64,000 nt of DNA, taken from a virus (Duplodnaviria > Caudoviricetes). Location: positions 16,033 to 80,032 of the IMG/VR virus record IMGVR_UViG_2645728093_000001. The stretch is one strand, 5' to 3'. Made by a program: the position numbers and the translations under genes. The number at the start of each line of letters is the position of its first letter. The first letter of the stretch is position 1. Under the pieces are notes generated by a model. It saw only the letters and a program-made list of their open reading frames with translations. It was not told the origin of the DNA and ran no database searches. Positions 7,999 to 18,024 of the stretch are shown here, in pieces.

Positions 7999-9122
7999 GC
8001 CAAGCATTCAAGGCAATCGTAGAGCAGGCGTCCCTCGTCAAGGCTCTTGCCCGCATCAAGAGTGTTGTCGAAAAGCGCAACACGATCCCGATCCTCAGCA
8101 ACGTCCTGATCGAGGTCGAGCAGGACAAGCTCCGCATGAAGGCGACGGACCTCGATCTCGAGGTGATCGACGTCGTGCCGGCTCAGGTTGCCGCGAAAGG
8201 CACCGCGACGGTCCCGGCTAGTCTCCTGAACGACATTGTCCGTAAGATGCCGACGGGATCGCAGATCACGCTGGAGCAGAATGACGCCGCCAATACCGTG
8301 GCTGTGAAGTCTGGCCGGTTCCGCTCCACGCTCCAGACGCTGCCGCCTCAGGACTTCCCCGATCTCAGCGCTGGAGACCTGACCCACAGCTTCGCGCTTA
8401 CGGGCGCGAATCTTCACCGGCTGATCCAGCGTGTCGAGTTCGCGATCTCGACCGAGGAGACGCGGTACTATCTCAACGGCATCTATCTTCACACCCGCAA
8501 GGACGGTAACCGCCACACGCTCCGCGGTGTCGCGACCGACGGTCACCGCTTGGCCCGCCTGGATGTCGATTTGCCGGAGGGTGCCACCGGCATGCCTGGC
8601 ATCATCATCCCGCGGAAGACCGTCACGGAAGTCAAAAACCTGTTCAACGTCGGGGACCAGGAAGTCCAGATCGAACTCAGCCAGAATAAGATCCGGTTCA
8701 TTGCCGGCGACCTTGTCCTGACGTCGAAGCTTATCGATGGGCAGTTCCCCGACTATGACCGCGTGATCCCGCAGAACAATGATCGCGTTCTGAAGGTGCC
8801 GCGGTCCGAGTTCTCGGCCGCAGCGGATCGTGTCGCGACCATTTCGAGCGAGCGCGGCCGGGCCGTGAAGGTCTCGCTGACCGGCGGAAAGATCACGTTG
8901 ACGGTCAGCAACCCCGATGCCGGCAGCGCGGTAGACGAACTCGATGCGGAGTATTCCGCCGACAGCATGGAAATCGGCTTCAATAGCCGGTACCTGCACG
9001 AGATCGTCACCCAGGTGCAGGGCGATAGCCTCGAGGTGAACCTCGCCGACCCTGGCTCGCCGACGCTGTTCAAGGGCAGCGACACGGATGCGCTCTACGT
9101 CCTCATGCCGATGAGGGTGTAG
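7995..9122 (+). CDS. dnaN: DNA polymerase III beta sliding clamp (phage-encoded)
   Basis: VVEKRNTIPILSNVLI, ATDLD, STEETRYYLNG, ATDGHRLA, KLIDGQFPDY, C-terminal VLMPMRV. Confidence 0.97.
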   Translation: MSQAFKAIVEQASLVKALARIKSVVEKRNTIPILSNVLIEVEQDKLRMKATDLDLEVIDVVPAQVAAKGTATVPASLLNDIVRKMPTGSQITLEQNDAANTVAVKSGRFRSTLQTLPPQDFPDLSAGDLTHSFALTGANLHRLIQRVEFAISTEETRYYLNGIYLHTRKDGNRHTLRGVATDGHRLARLDVDLPEGATGMPGIIIPRKTVTEVKNLFNVGDQEVQIELSQNKIRFIAGDLVLTSKLIDGQFPDYDRVIPQNNDRVLKVPRSEFSAAADRVATISSERGRAVKVSLTGGKITLTVSNPDAGSAVDELDAEYSADSMEIGFNSRYLHEIVTQVQGDSLEVNLADPGSPTLFKGSDTDALYVLMPMRV

Positions 9123-9127
9123 ACGAG

Positions 9128-9352
9128 ATGGCTGTTGATCATGATGCGCGCGCGCTGGAGCGGGAGCTTCAGCGCATCTTCGAAAGCCACGGTGTCCCGA
9201 CCACGGAGATCGAGGGCGTCCATCACGTCGGGCTGTGCTCGACACGCCAGGTCGGTGACAAGGGTGGGCGCTACGTCCCGAGCATGCCGTCGAAGTCGGC
9301 CGCTGTCGCTCTGCCGACGCTGGCCAAGGACATTCTGGAGGCGCTTCGTTGA
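9128..9352 (+). CDS. Hypothetical protein
   Basis: Fills the gap between dnaN and the methyltransferase; stop overlaps next start. Confidence 0.5.
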   Translation: MAVDHDARALERELQRIFESHGVPTTEIEGVHHVGLCSTRQVGDKGGRYVPSMPSKSAAVALPTLAKDILEALR

Positions 9353-11283
9353 GAAAGCGCAAGATCCTTGTTGCCGATCTTCTATGCGGGGCGGGCGGAA
9401 GCTCGACGGGTTGCGAGCGCGCATTGCGTGAGCTCGGCCTCGAGATGGAGTTGGTTTGCGTAAACCATTGGCAGACCGCGATCGACACCCACAAACTCAA
9501 CCATCCGGCGGCGCGCCATGTGGTCCAGGACATCGCCTCGGTCCGCCCGCATATCCTGGTGCCTGAGGGCTATCTCGATCTGCTGATGGCGTCGCCGAGC
9601 TGCACGCATCACAGCGTTGCGCGTGGCGGCAAGCCTACATCGGATCAGCAGCGCTCCGATCCCTGGCATATCATCACCTGGCTGACCGAGCTCCGCGTCA
9701 AGCGCCTCATCGTCGAGAACGTCTGGGAGTTCACATCCTGGGGGCCGGTCGATGCCCGCACCGGCAAGCCGATCAAGTCGCGCAAAGGCGAGTATTTTCG
9801 GGCTTGGATCAACACGATCCGGGCACTCGGTTTCGAGCCAGAGTGGCGCAAACTTAACGCCGCCGATTACGGTGACGCCACGACGCGCCAGCGATTCATC
9901 CTGATGGCCAGGAATGATGGGCGCTCGGTCTCTTGGCCGATGCCAACGCACATCAAGGCCAGCCCCGACAAGCTTCTTTTCCTCGGCATGAAGCCGTGGC
10001 GGCCGGCCCGCGACATCATCGACTGGGATCTCAAGGGACGATCTATCTTCGGTCGCAAGAAGCCGCTGGCACCAAAGACGCTCGCCCGCATCTATGCAGG
10101 TGCCGTCAAGTTCGGCTGGCCTGATCCATTCCTTGTCATCCTGCGCAACCACATGGACGGCAAGAGTGTGGATGGCCCGCTGCCGACTATCGCCGCCAAC
10201 GGGACACATATCGGGATCGCCCAGCCGACCATCAACGGCGAGATCGTCCCCAGTTTCGAGGAATGGTTCGCGGACACTAAGACGCTCGGGGGATCTCGCG
10301 AGGAATATGATCGGCTCTATCCGGTGCCGTTCGTCATGGCGCCAGGCAGCAGCGGTGCACCGCGTGCAACCCATGATCCGTTGCCCACCATCACGACCGG
10401 CGGCGCGGGAGTGGAGGAGCGGCCGGGCTGTGCGAGGCCCATGCTGGTCGAGCCTTTCATCCTTAACCGGCACGGTGACAACGGTGGCAACCGCGCCCAT
10501 GGCATCGACGCGCCGGCGCCGACGGCCAATTGTGATGGTGGCGGCTATCTCGTTGAGCCGTTCATCCTCTCCAGGCACGCCGAGGGCGCGCCGCGCTCGG
10601 TCGACGAGCCGACGCCAACTCAGGTAGCGAAACAGAGCCACATCCTGATCTCGCCCTATTACGGTTCTGGATCCGGCGAGACCTGCCAATCGGCCGAGGA
10701 GCCGCTCCCGACTGTGACCTCCAAGGGCAGGTTTGGCATGGTGGTGCCGGTCACCCACACCCATGGCGGCAACGCCGCGCGCGATGTCGCCGACCCACTT
10801 CCAACGCTGACAACCGCGAAGGGTGGCGAGTTCGCGATGGTCATGCCGGTAACCCATGCCGATCGGTCGGACCGAGTCCGCGACCCTGCCGAGGATCCGC
10901 TGCCCACCGTCACCGGCGCCAACCGCGGCGAGCTCGCGTTCATCGCGGCGCAATTTGGTGAGCGGGAAGGGCAGGCCCCGCGTGTCCATGACGTCGAGCA
11001 GCCCACCCCGGCGATCTGCGCAACGGGCCACATCAACCTGGTCGAGGCGACGCCGCAGTTCGACATCCTGTTCCGGATGCTGGAGCCGCACGAGCTCGCC
11101 GCGGCGATGGGCTTCAACAGCGAGGAAGCTGATTACGAATTCGCCGGCACCAAGACCGAGAAGATCAAGCAGATTGGAAACGCGGTATCGGTTGCGAAGA
11201 TGAGAGCCTGCGTGTCCGCCATCATGGGGGACGCTGCCGCCATTGAACAGACGAAGCCAAGCCAGCGACGGGCCGTCGCGTAA
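9349..11283 (+). CDS. C5-cytosine DNA methyltransferase with long repetitive variable region
   Basis: DLLCGAGG (motif I), SPSC (IV), ENV (VI), RQRF (VIII), RML...EL, QIGNAV (X). Confidence 0.92.
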   Translation: MRKRKILVADLLCGAGGSSTGCERALRELGLEMELVCVNHWQTAIDTHKLNHPAARHVVQDIASVRPHILVPEGYLDLLMASPSCTHHSVARGGKPTSDQQRSDPWHIITWLTELRVKRLIVENVWEFTSWGPVDARTGKPIKSRKGEYFRAWINTIRALGFEPEWRKLNAADYGDATTRQRFILMARNDGRSVSWPMPTHIKASPDKLLFLGMKPWRPARDIIDWDLKGRSIFGRKKPLAPKTLARIYAGAVKFGWPDPFLVILRNHMDGKSVDGPLPTIAANGTHIGIAQPTINGEIVPSFEEWFADTKTLGGSREEYDRLYPVPFVMAPGSSGAPRATHDPLPTITTGGAGVEERPGCARPMLVEPFILNRHGDNGGNRAHGIDAPAPTANCDGGGYLVEPFILSRHAEGAPRSVDEPTPTQVAKQSHILISPYYGSGSGETCQSAEEPLPTVTSKGRFGMVVPVTHTHGGNAARDVADPLPTLTTAKGGEFAMVMPVTHADRSDRVRDPAEDPLPTVTGANRGELAFIAAQFGEREGQAPRVHDVEQPTPAICATGHINLVEATPQFDILFRMLEPHELAAAMGFNSEEADYEFAGTKTEKIKQIGNAVSVAKMRACVSAIMGDAAAIEQTKPSQRRAVA

Positions 11284-11355
11284 TAGGCCAGGGAAAAGCA
11301 CTTCAGGCGAGAGAACCTCGCCTGAAAAAATTTTGGGCGGACAACGAATTTCAAG

Positions 11356-12135
11356 ATGAAGAAGCCGAAGCCATTCGCCACAGAAGCTGACCTTTGCAAG
11401 CGGTTCATCGCTGCGCTGCCGGAGGGATGGACGCCTTATGCCGAGCACGCGGGGTGGGACATTTTACTTGTGCGCAATGCAGACGGCTTCCAGATCGGTA
11501 TTGAGGCCAAGCTGCGGTTGAACAGCCACGTCATTACCCAGTCGCTCGAGGACTACGGCATCTGGTGTGCTGATCGAGCGGGCCCGGATTGCCGCGCTGT
11601 CCTGGTACCTTGGGGCGAGTTCGGCTTCGAGACGATCTGCAAGTATATCGGCATCACAATCATCCATGTGAAGCCTGCGTCCGACGACCGGCCGCGTTGG
11701 GCGCCGGCCTTCGATCCGTACTTGCCAGGCGAGAACCACGGCCGTGCCGAAGATTGGCCAGAGTGGGCACCGGCGCAACGCCATGTTCTCCCGGACTACG
11801 TGCCGGATGTAGTTGCGGGTTCTCCTTCACCGGTCCAATTGACGGAATGGAAGATTGCCGCGATCAAGATCGCTGTCATTTTGGAGAAGCGAGGCTTCCT
11901 AATTCGCGCCGACTTTAAACACGTCGGCATCGACCACCGCCGCTGGCTGCCGTCCGCCACTGGATGGTTGTCGTTGGACGCCGGACGCTACATTCAAGGG
12001 CCGCACTTTCCCCGATTCAAAAAGCAGCACCCTCGTGTCTATGACGAGATCGCCGCCGATTACGAGAGTTGGAAGCCAATCGACCCGATCGGTCCGTTAC
12101 CTCTACCTGAGCCGAAACAGGAGTCCCTCCTGTGA
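11356..12135 (+). CDS. Hypothetical protein with PD-(D/E)xK-like motif
   Basis: WDILLV...GIEAK. Confidence 0.65.
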   Translation: MKKPKPFATEADLCKRFIAALPEGWTPYAEHAGWDILLVRNADGFQIGIEAKLRLNSHVITQSLEDYGIWCADRAGPDCRAVLVPWGEFGFETICKYIGITIIHVKPASDDRPRWAPAFDPYLPGENHGRAEDWPEWAPAQRHVLPDYVPDVVAGSPSPVQLTEWKIAAIKIAVILEKRGFLIRADFKHVGIDHRRWLPSATGWLSLDAGRYIQGPHFPRFKKQHPRVYDEIAADYESWKPIDPIGPLPLPEPKQESLL

Positions 12136-12431
12136 TGGAAACAACGAAATGCTGCGTGCCGTACTGCGGGCGTTCGACCAAGGAACGGTACAGCGAATGG
12201 ATCTGCTCGGTGCATTGGCCGATGATCCCGAAGAGGACCCGTCAGCGGCGGTCGCAGGCCAAGAGGCTCTTGAAGCGCGCGCGGCAGCGGCTTGAGCGGC
12301 AGTACCAGCGACAGGGCTGTCAATTCACGTCGGCGCAGTGGGGGCGTGTCGAGGCGGCGCAGCGCCTCGTGGTCGCGTTGTGGGAGCGTTGCAAGCGCGA
12401 AGCGATTGAAGCCGCGGGAGGTCTGCGGTGA
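12132..12431 (+). CDS. Hypothetical Cys/His (Zn-finger-like) protein
   Basis: CCVPYC...ICSVHW. Confidence 0.6.
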   Translation: MMETTKCCVPYCGRSTKERYSEWICSVHWPMIPKRTRQRRSQAKRLLKRARQRLERQYQRQGCQFTSAQWGRVEAAQRLVVALWERCKREAIEAAGGLR

Positions 12432-13522
12432 TCCGTGACGACGCCGACGAGATCAAGGCAAGGCTGAACGAGCGGCTCGAGCAGGTGCTCGACAAGTTTT
12501 GGTCGGGTTGGAAGAAGCGCGGCAAGATTGCGTATTGCGCACCGGTCAACAACTCGGACCTCGGCTCGTTTCAGGTGTACCTCGGCAGGGTCAATGCCAA
12601 ATATGATCGCGGCGTCTGGGTGCGCAGTTCCGCTAGCATCGGCGGGGACGAGCTCAACTTGTATGCCTACGGCTTCACCGGGAGCCATCGGGCAACAGCG
12701 GAGGTCTTTCGCTCCGCGCGCGAGTTTGTCGGGCTCGACAACTCCCGGCCGGAAACTCCGGAAGAGGCGCGCCGCCGCGAGGATCTGGCGGCTGACCGGG
12801 CGGCAAAGCGCGAGGCGGACGAGCGCCGGGCGATCGAGCACGAGGCCGAGCGTCAGCGGAATGCCGTGGTGCTTTGGGGGGAGGTCACGCCGATCGCCGG
12901 CACGCATGCCGAAGCATACCTGCTCGATCGCGGAATCCCGGTCCCGCCTGGCGGCTGGGACGTCTGCCTCGGCTTCCATCCGCGGGTGATCTACGACCTC
13001 GACGAGAGATTGTCGTTCCCGACGCTGGTCTGCCGCGTCGATGATCAGTTCGGCGACATTACCGCGGTCTGGAAGATCCACCTCGACCCCAATAAGGCCA
13101 GCAAGGCTCCGGTGGAGAAAGCGAAGATCGGCGCCGGCGTCGCGGCCGGTGCGGCCGTCCAAATCGGCGGTATTGCTGCGCACATCGGTCTGGCCGAAGG
13201 GCTGGAGACCAGCCTCGCAGCCCGCGCGCTGATCAAATACCGCTATCCGGTCTGGGCCGCGCTCAGCACCAGCGGCGTGAGCGGCTTCGAGCCGCCGCTC
13301 GGGGTCGAGCACATCACCAGCTTCCCCGACGGGGACCGGCCCTGGCGCAAGCACGAGGGCGACCTGGTGCTCGCCGAGCCGCCGGGGCGTGCCGCGGTGC
13401 GCAAGCTGCATGAACGCATGGCGGCGATCGGCATCGGCCACGACAGCCAGCCGGAGCCGGCAATCCGCAGGGACTATCTCGATATCTGGAATGCGCGGAA
13501 GCGCTTGGAGGAGCGCGCTTGA
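12428..13522 (+). CDS. Phage primase (Toprim domain)
   Basis: GTHAEAYLLDRGI, AEGLETSL, VWAALS, FPDGD. Confidence 0.85.
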   Translation: MIRDDADEIKARLNERLEQVLDKFWSGWKKRGKIAYCAPVNNSDLGSFQVYLGRVNAKYDRGVWVRSSASIGGDELNLYAYGFTGSHRATAEVFRSAREFVGLDNSRPETPEEARRREDLAADRAAKREADERRAIEHEAERQRNAVVLWGEVTPIAGTHAEAYLLDRGIPVPPGGWDVCLGFHPRVIYDLDERLSFPTLVCRVDDQFGDITAVWKIHLDPNKASKAPVEKAKIGAGVAAGAAVQIGGIAAHIGLAEGLETSLAARALIKYRYPVWAALSTSGVSGFEPPLGVEHITSFPDGDRPWRKHEGDLVLAEPPGRAAVRKLHERMAAIGIGHDSQPEPAIRRDYLDIWNARKRLEERA

Positions 13523-14943
13523 CGACGCAGGAGACCACACCGCGCGCGCTGCGCAACATCCGCGCCGAAGAGGCCATTATCGGCAAGATCATTGGGTCGG
13601 CCGATGCCTATTGGCAGGTGTCGGACTATCTGTCCGCCGAGCACTTCGTGGTGCCGCACCATCGCGCCATCTTCGCCGCGGTCGCGGAATGCTGCGAGAC
13701 CGCCGGCGGCCCGGCGCTCAGTCTGCTGGAGTCGAAGCTGCCTCAGGAATTCGAGGGCGTCGGCTCGGTCGAGGCGGTGCTCCAGATCCTGATCGAGAAG
13801 GCCACGGACGTCAGCAGCGCGCTGGACTTCGTCGACGACGTGGTCCTGGCATGGCGTGAGCGGGCAGGCGTCGAGCTCGGCCGTCGAGCCTCGGAGCAGG
13901 GGAAGGGCTATGAGGAGCGCCGCGCCGCCGTCGAGGATCTCTTCCGCCGCGTCGACGACCAGGACCGTGCCAAGCATCCCGTGAAGGTGGGCGAGGCCGC
14001 CAAGGCCGCGATGCATCGCGCCGCCGAAGCCTACGAGCATCAGGGCAAGAAGTCGGTCGGTGTTGTCACCAAGATACCCGAGATCGACAAGGTGCTCGGA
14101 CCGCAAATCGGCGGCACCGCGATCATTCTCGCCGCGCAGTCTGGTCACGGCAAGTCGGCGCTACTGTCCCAGATCCTGCGGGCCAACGCCGGTCCGTCTC
14201 TGGATCCGTCGAGCATATACCCCTCACTGCTGATCAGCCTGGAAATGTCCAAGGAACAGATCGGCCTCCGGGACATCGCCGCGATGACCGGCATCTCAGT
14301 CCGGAAGCAGATCACCGGCGATCTGAGCCAAAAGGAATTCCTCGAGATCCGACGCGCGCAGGCCACCCTCGAGGCGATGCCGATTTTCATCCAGGACCGA
14401 TCGCCCATGACGACCACGCAGATCGTGAGAGAGGTGCGCATCGCCGTGCGGAGGTATGGCGTCAAGCAGATTGGCATTGACCACACGAAACTCGTCGAGC
14501 CGGAGAAGGAGCATTGGAACGAGATCCGGACTATCGGATACTTCACGTCCGCGATGAAGGCGCTGGCCAAAACAGAGGATATCGTGGTTTGGCAACTTGC
14601 CCAGCTGACGCGCGATGGCCAGAAGACTGGAAACTGGCGTTTCAAGAAAGGCGATATCTACGGCGGAGGTCTCATCGTCGAGAATGCCGACGTGGTGCTC
14701 GGTCTGGCTATCCCACGGGTTCATCTCAGCGAAAACAAGCCGGAACCGCCGTCCGACGATAAGCCGCAGAACCGCCCGATCTGGGACGGTTGGCTTAGGA
14801 GCATGGAAATTTGGAAGGGCAAGGCGGAGTTCGCCGCGCTGAAGGTGCGCAGCGGCGTCGGTGAGACCTGGAAGGAGATCGGCTTCGACGGGCCAAGCAT
14901 GACGTTCGGCGACGCTGCTGAGCGCGACGAGATTCCGTTCTAA
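13519..14943 (+). CDS. DnaB-like replicative helicase
   Basis: AEEAIIG N-terminus; Walker A AAQSGHGKS; SLEMS; IDH; LAQLTR; ENADVV. Confidence 0.9.
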   Translation: MTTQETTPRALRNIRAEEAIIGKIIGSADAYWQVSDYLSAEHFVVPHHRAIFAAVAECCETAGGPALSLLESKLPQEFEGVGSVEAVLQILIEKATDVSSALDFVDDVVLAWRERAGVELGRRASEQGKGYEERRAAVEDLFRRVDDQDRAKHPVKVGEAAKAAMHRAAEAYEHQGKKSVGVVTKIPEIDKVLGPQIGGTAIILAAQSGHGKSALLSQILRANAGPSLDPSSIYPSLLISLEMSKEQIGLRDIAAMTGISVRKQITGDLSQKEFLEIRRAQATLEAMPIFIQDRSPMTTTQIVREVRIAVRRYGVKQIGIDHTKLVEPEKEHWNEIRTIGYFTSAMKALAKTEDIVVWQLAQLTRDGQKTGNWRFKKGDIYGGGLIVENADVVLGLAIPRVHLSENKPEPPSDDKPQNRPIWDGWLRSMEIWKGKAEFAALKVRSGVGETWKEIGFDGPSMTFGDAAERDEIPF

Positions 14944-15260
14944 GGTGAAGGAAAAGGCGATGCTAAAGGAAGCCCATCTGGCCTTCGTTCTCACCGTATC
15001 GGGGCAACCCGGCGATGTCATCGCCTGCAAGCTGGTTGATGACGGCAAAACGGTTTCGATCGTCACGGCGATACTTGCGCCCGGAGTCACCGAGCAAACG
15101 CTTTATTTGTCGCCGCCACCAGGGCGAGATCCGTGGCGGATGGAGCTTTCGTGCGAGACGACCCGGGCTTGAGCCGCAGTTTTGAAGCCCAATTAGCCGG
15201 TGACGACCGAACGATTTTGCTCTTGCAATCGTAGGCAAATCACCTCCTGAAGTCATAAGC

Positions 15261-16184
15261 GTGATTCGTCCTTTCCTGCTTCCCGAGGGGTGCATGTTGG
15301 CTCGAGTCACGGACGTCGCACCGGTTTACGTCGACAAGGAGCGCGATCGCCGCGCGCGCGGCTTTGCCCGTGAGCTCCGCCGGGCGAGGGTGAAGGACGA
15401 GTACAGAGGCCGCTCGGTGGCGTCGCAACTCGCCTATGAAGCCGAGCGCGAGCACAAGCGCCAGATCCAGGAATGCATCGTCGACTGGATGATGGACTAC
15501 AAGACCCCTCGCGCCGAGCGCGTTGCGGAGTGGTTGAAGCGTGAAAAGCTCTACCTCCAGGGGTTCCAGAAAGCTACGGCAAAGGCCGGCGACCCGCTCA
15601 ATCTCCTCGGCAAGCCACTGACGAAGAAGCAACTGAAGGAGATCGCGGAGGAGGAGAGGCTCGCCAGCGGGAAGCGCAAGCACGTCATCCCGGATCCCGA
15701 CCACCCGATGCAGAACGTCCTGGTCGACACAGCGGCGAGCGCTCACATCAACCTTGTCGACCGGAAGAAGCTGAACGATCCAGAGGAGAAGATGCGACGT
15801 TCCGCGGCGGATCGCTTCAGGCGGGATTTTGACCTTTGCAGCTTCCATGGCTCGAAGGGCTTCGCGCTTGGCGACAAAGTCGATGGCGGCGGTGGCGGCA
15901 GCGCCTCGCATACGATCGCGCTCGAGGCTCAGTCCAGGCTGAACGAGATCAAACGCAGGATCGGCGAGCGCCAGTTCGACATTCTGCGCGCCCGGATCGG
16001 TTGCGATGCTTCGGCCGAGGACATGCACAAGCATGGCGGCCCCGACCATCGGTCGAGCAACATCGAGCTCAGGGTCGCGCTGAATGCTTTGGTCCAGGTC
16101 TACGACCACGTCACGATCGAGGATCGGACTTGGAATGCGGCGCGGCGGATCTTGGAGGCTGCCGGCATGGGGATGAAGCGCTGA
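15261..16184 (+). CDS. Probable late-gene regulator / antiterminator-position protein
   Basis: AADRFRRDF...KVDGGG...C-terminal helical domain; lies between replication and packaging modules; start uncertain. Confidence 0.55.
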   Translation: MIRPFLLPEGCMLARVTDVAPVYVDKERDRRARGFARELRRARVKDEYRGRSVASQLAYEAEREHKRQIQECIVDWMMDYKTPRAERVAEWLKREKLYLQGFQKATAKAGDPLNLLGKPLTKKQLKEIAEEERLASGKRKHVIPDPDHPMQNVLVDTAASAHINLVDRKKLNDPEEKMRRSAADRFRRDFDLCSFHGSKGFALGDKVDGGGGGSASHTIALEAQSRLNEIKRRIGERQFDILRARIGCDASAEDMHKHGGPDHRSSNIELRVALNALVQVYDHVTIEDRTWNAARRILEAAGMGMKR

Positions 16185-16369
16185 TGTCCCTCGGTCGATT
16201 TGCTCCCAATACTCGAGAGACCGCACCCGAGACGAAGGCCCGTGTCTGGCGCGAATACGGCTTGCTCGTTGTCGACGTCGACAAGGACCAACTGTCCTGG
16301 GATCAGCGAGAGATGCTGCGAGTCATCGGTCGGAAGATGTTCGGGCCGCGTAGAGAGGAAAAGCGATGA
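16184..16369 (+). CDS. Hypothetical protein
   Basis: Coupled TGATG start, MSLGRFAPNT. Confidence 0.55.
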   Translation: MSLGRFAPNTRETAPETKARVWREYGLLVVDVDKDQLSWDQREMLRVIGRKMFGPRREEKR

Positions 16370-16935
16370 GCAGCAATCTGGTCTGTTCGTCGTGTCGCGG
16401 CCCAAATGACAGATCAAGTCACCGGTATTGTCATGGATGCGCGGCGGCCTACATGCGCCGGCGTAGGCGCGGTGAATTGCCCGTGCGCGCTACGGTGTGC
16501 ACGGTTGCTGGTTGCGGGGAAAAGCAAAAGGCGCGAGGTTTTTGCAGCAAGCACTATTTGCGTTTTAAGCGCCGCGGATCGACTGACGAGCGCACTAGGA
16601 CCATAGCGTCGAAGCGGTATCGGTTGGTGGTTATACGTGGTCATCCGCTAGCACATGCCCGGACCGGCAGAGTATACGTTCATCGCGCCGCAATGTTCGA
16701 TCAGATCGGCCTCGGGCCAGTACCCTGCTTCTGGTGCGGAAGACCACTCCGATGGTCGACAGAGCACCCGCAGCCCGATGATGCGCTGTTGGTCGATCAC
16801 TTCGATCATGATCGTCACAACAACGATCCAACTAACCTTCGGCCTTCGTGCAATTCCTGCAACTGCGCTCGAAGCTATTGGCGCGCCAAGCCGTCTCTCG
16901 TTCCGGTGTATCAAGTGGCAGGTGTCGGCACATGA
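16366..16935 (+). CDS. HNH endonuclease with Zn-finger motifs
   Basis: CTVAGC...ARGFCSKHY; VHR; CFWCG; VDHFDHDRHNNDPTNLRPSCNSCN. Confidence 0.85.
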   Translation: MSSNLVCSSCRGPNDRSSHRYCHGCAAAYMRRRRRGELPVRATVCTVAGCGEKQKARGFCSKHYLRFKRRGSTDERTRTIASKRYRLVVIRGHPLAHARTGRVYVHRAAMFDQIGLGPVPCFWCGRPLRWSTEHPQPDDALLVDHFDHDRHNNDPTNLRPSCNSCNCARSYWRAKPSLVPVYQVAGVGT

Positions 16936-17210
16936 CAACCTCTCAATCGCCGCTCCGCGTCCTCAAGGCCCAGGCCAACAACATGGCCAGGATAATGAAG
17001 GCCATCGAGCGCGGCGAGAAGGTGACCGAAGATGTCGGCGGCAAGCTTGCGGCGTCGCTGGCCGTCGGCGTCGCCAAAGTGGCGATCGCGATGGACGACA
17101 AGGTGATCATCCTCGACATCGCATGGTCAACGGTAAAGACCTCAAGCGAGGTCGCGCTCGCCGAGTATGTCCTCGGACTCATGCGCGGCTCGCGCGAGAC
17201 GAAGCACTAA
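16932..17210 (+). CDS. Hypothetical protein
   Basis: ATGA-coupled ORF MTTSQSPLRVL. Confidence 0.6.
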   Translation: MTTSQSPLRVLKAQANNMARIMKAIERGEKVTEDVGGKLAASLAVGVAKVAIAMDDKVIILDIAWSTVKTSSEVALAEYVLGLMRGSRETKH

Positions 17211-17212
17211 CG

Positions 17213-17557
17213 ATGGCTCGAAATCGCATCCCGACACTGGGCTCCCGTATCGCGACGCTGGATACCCGCAAGGCCAAGCCGCTGCCGAAGAAGGCCGACC
17301 CGCACTATCAGACCGCCGAGCACGAGGAGTGGGCAGAGTTTGTTAAGCGGCGCGCCGGCTATCGCTGCGAGCACGTCGACGACGGCAAGCGGTGCTGGCG
17401 CAGTGCCGAAAAGGGGTACCGGATGTACGCCGACCACATCAAGGACATCAAAGACCGGCCAGATCTCGCGCTCGATCGCGACAATGGCCGCTGCGCCTGC
17501 AGCTCGCACAACGTCCGTGCAGGCATCCAGGCGCGAGCAAACCGCATGAAATCGTAG
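17213..17557 (+). CDS. Small HNH endonuclease, HK97 gp74-like terminase accessory type
   Basis: YQTAEHEEW...RAGYRCE...ADHIKDIKDRPDLALDRDNGRCACSSHN. Confidence 0.8.
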   Translation: MARNRIPTLGSRIATLDTRKAKPLPKKADPHYQTAEHEEWAEFVKRRAGYRCEHVDDGKRCWRSAEKGYRMYADHIKDIKDRPDLALDRDNGRCACSSHNVRAGIQARANRMKS

Positions 17558-17563
17558 GGGAGG

Positions 17564-17806
17564 GTGAGCATGAAGCTGAACGCGCGCGAACTCGAGCTTC
17601 AGGCGCTAAGAGTGCGCAGGTACGAGGCGGCGCAGGCCCTCAAGCGCGAGCTCGACGCCAAGGATGCCGCGGCGGTCGCGCAGGACGCGGCAGCCAAGCC
17701 CCCGGCGTCGGCGGCGAAGCCGGCCAAAAAGGCGGCTGCGAAAAGTAGGCGCAGCCGGGCCTCGAGCAAAATCGGCCGTAGCCGGGGATCTCGCAAGAAG
17801 TCGTAG
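17564..17806 (+). CDS. Small basic hypothetical protein
   Basis: GGAGG SD; Ala/Lys-rich; 3' end overlaps motif B copies. Confidence 0.45.
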   Translation: MSMKLNARELELQALRVRRYEAAQALKRELDAKDAAAVAQDAAAKPPASAAKPAKKAAAKSRRSRASSKIGRSRGSRKKS

Positions 17807-17814
17807 CCGGGGGA

Positions 17815-18024
17815 CTAACGGAGTCGCAGTTCGCGCTCGATCGCCGGTTGACGGTTCATGAGTTCCTGGACGCAGGGAGGGACGGGATCCTTCCGGCCCA
17901 GCGCGGCGCCGGTCGCCACCGCATCTGAGGCGCGGCGCGCAAGCTGCAGCCAACCGAATAGTGCAGCGGTCGGCATTGCCCGGATTTGGTCGAGATTAGG
18001 TGGCGTTGTCGTTGCAGTGAGCAT
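17815..18024 (-). CDS. Hypothetical protein, last gene of antisense block
   Basis: 69-aa ORF co-oriented with the block, ends next to motif B. Confidence 0.4.
   Translation of the reverse strand: MLTATTTPPNLDQIRAMPTAALFGWLQLARRASDAVATGAALGRKDPVPPCVQELMNRQPAIERELRLR

Noticed and set aside
7995-9122. dnaN as a sign of host chromosomal origin DNA
   Set aside because: Coupled to phage genes on both sides; no dnaA, recF or gyrB
7242-11448. Long minus-strand ORFs (763 aa and 688 aa) and similar shadow ORFs elsewhere
   Set aside because: Antisense shadows of dnaN, the methyltransferase and structural genes, expected at high GC
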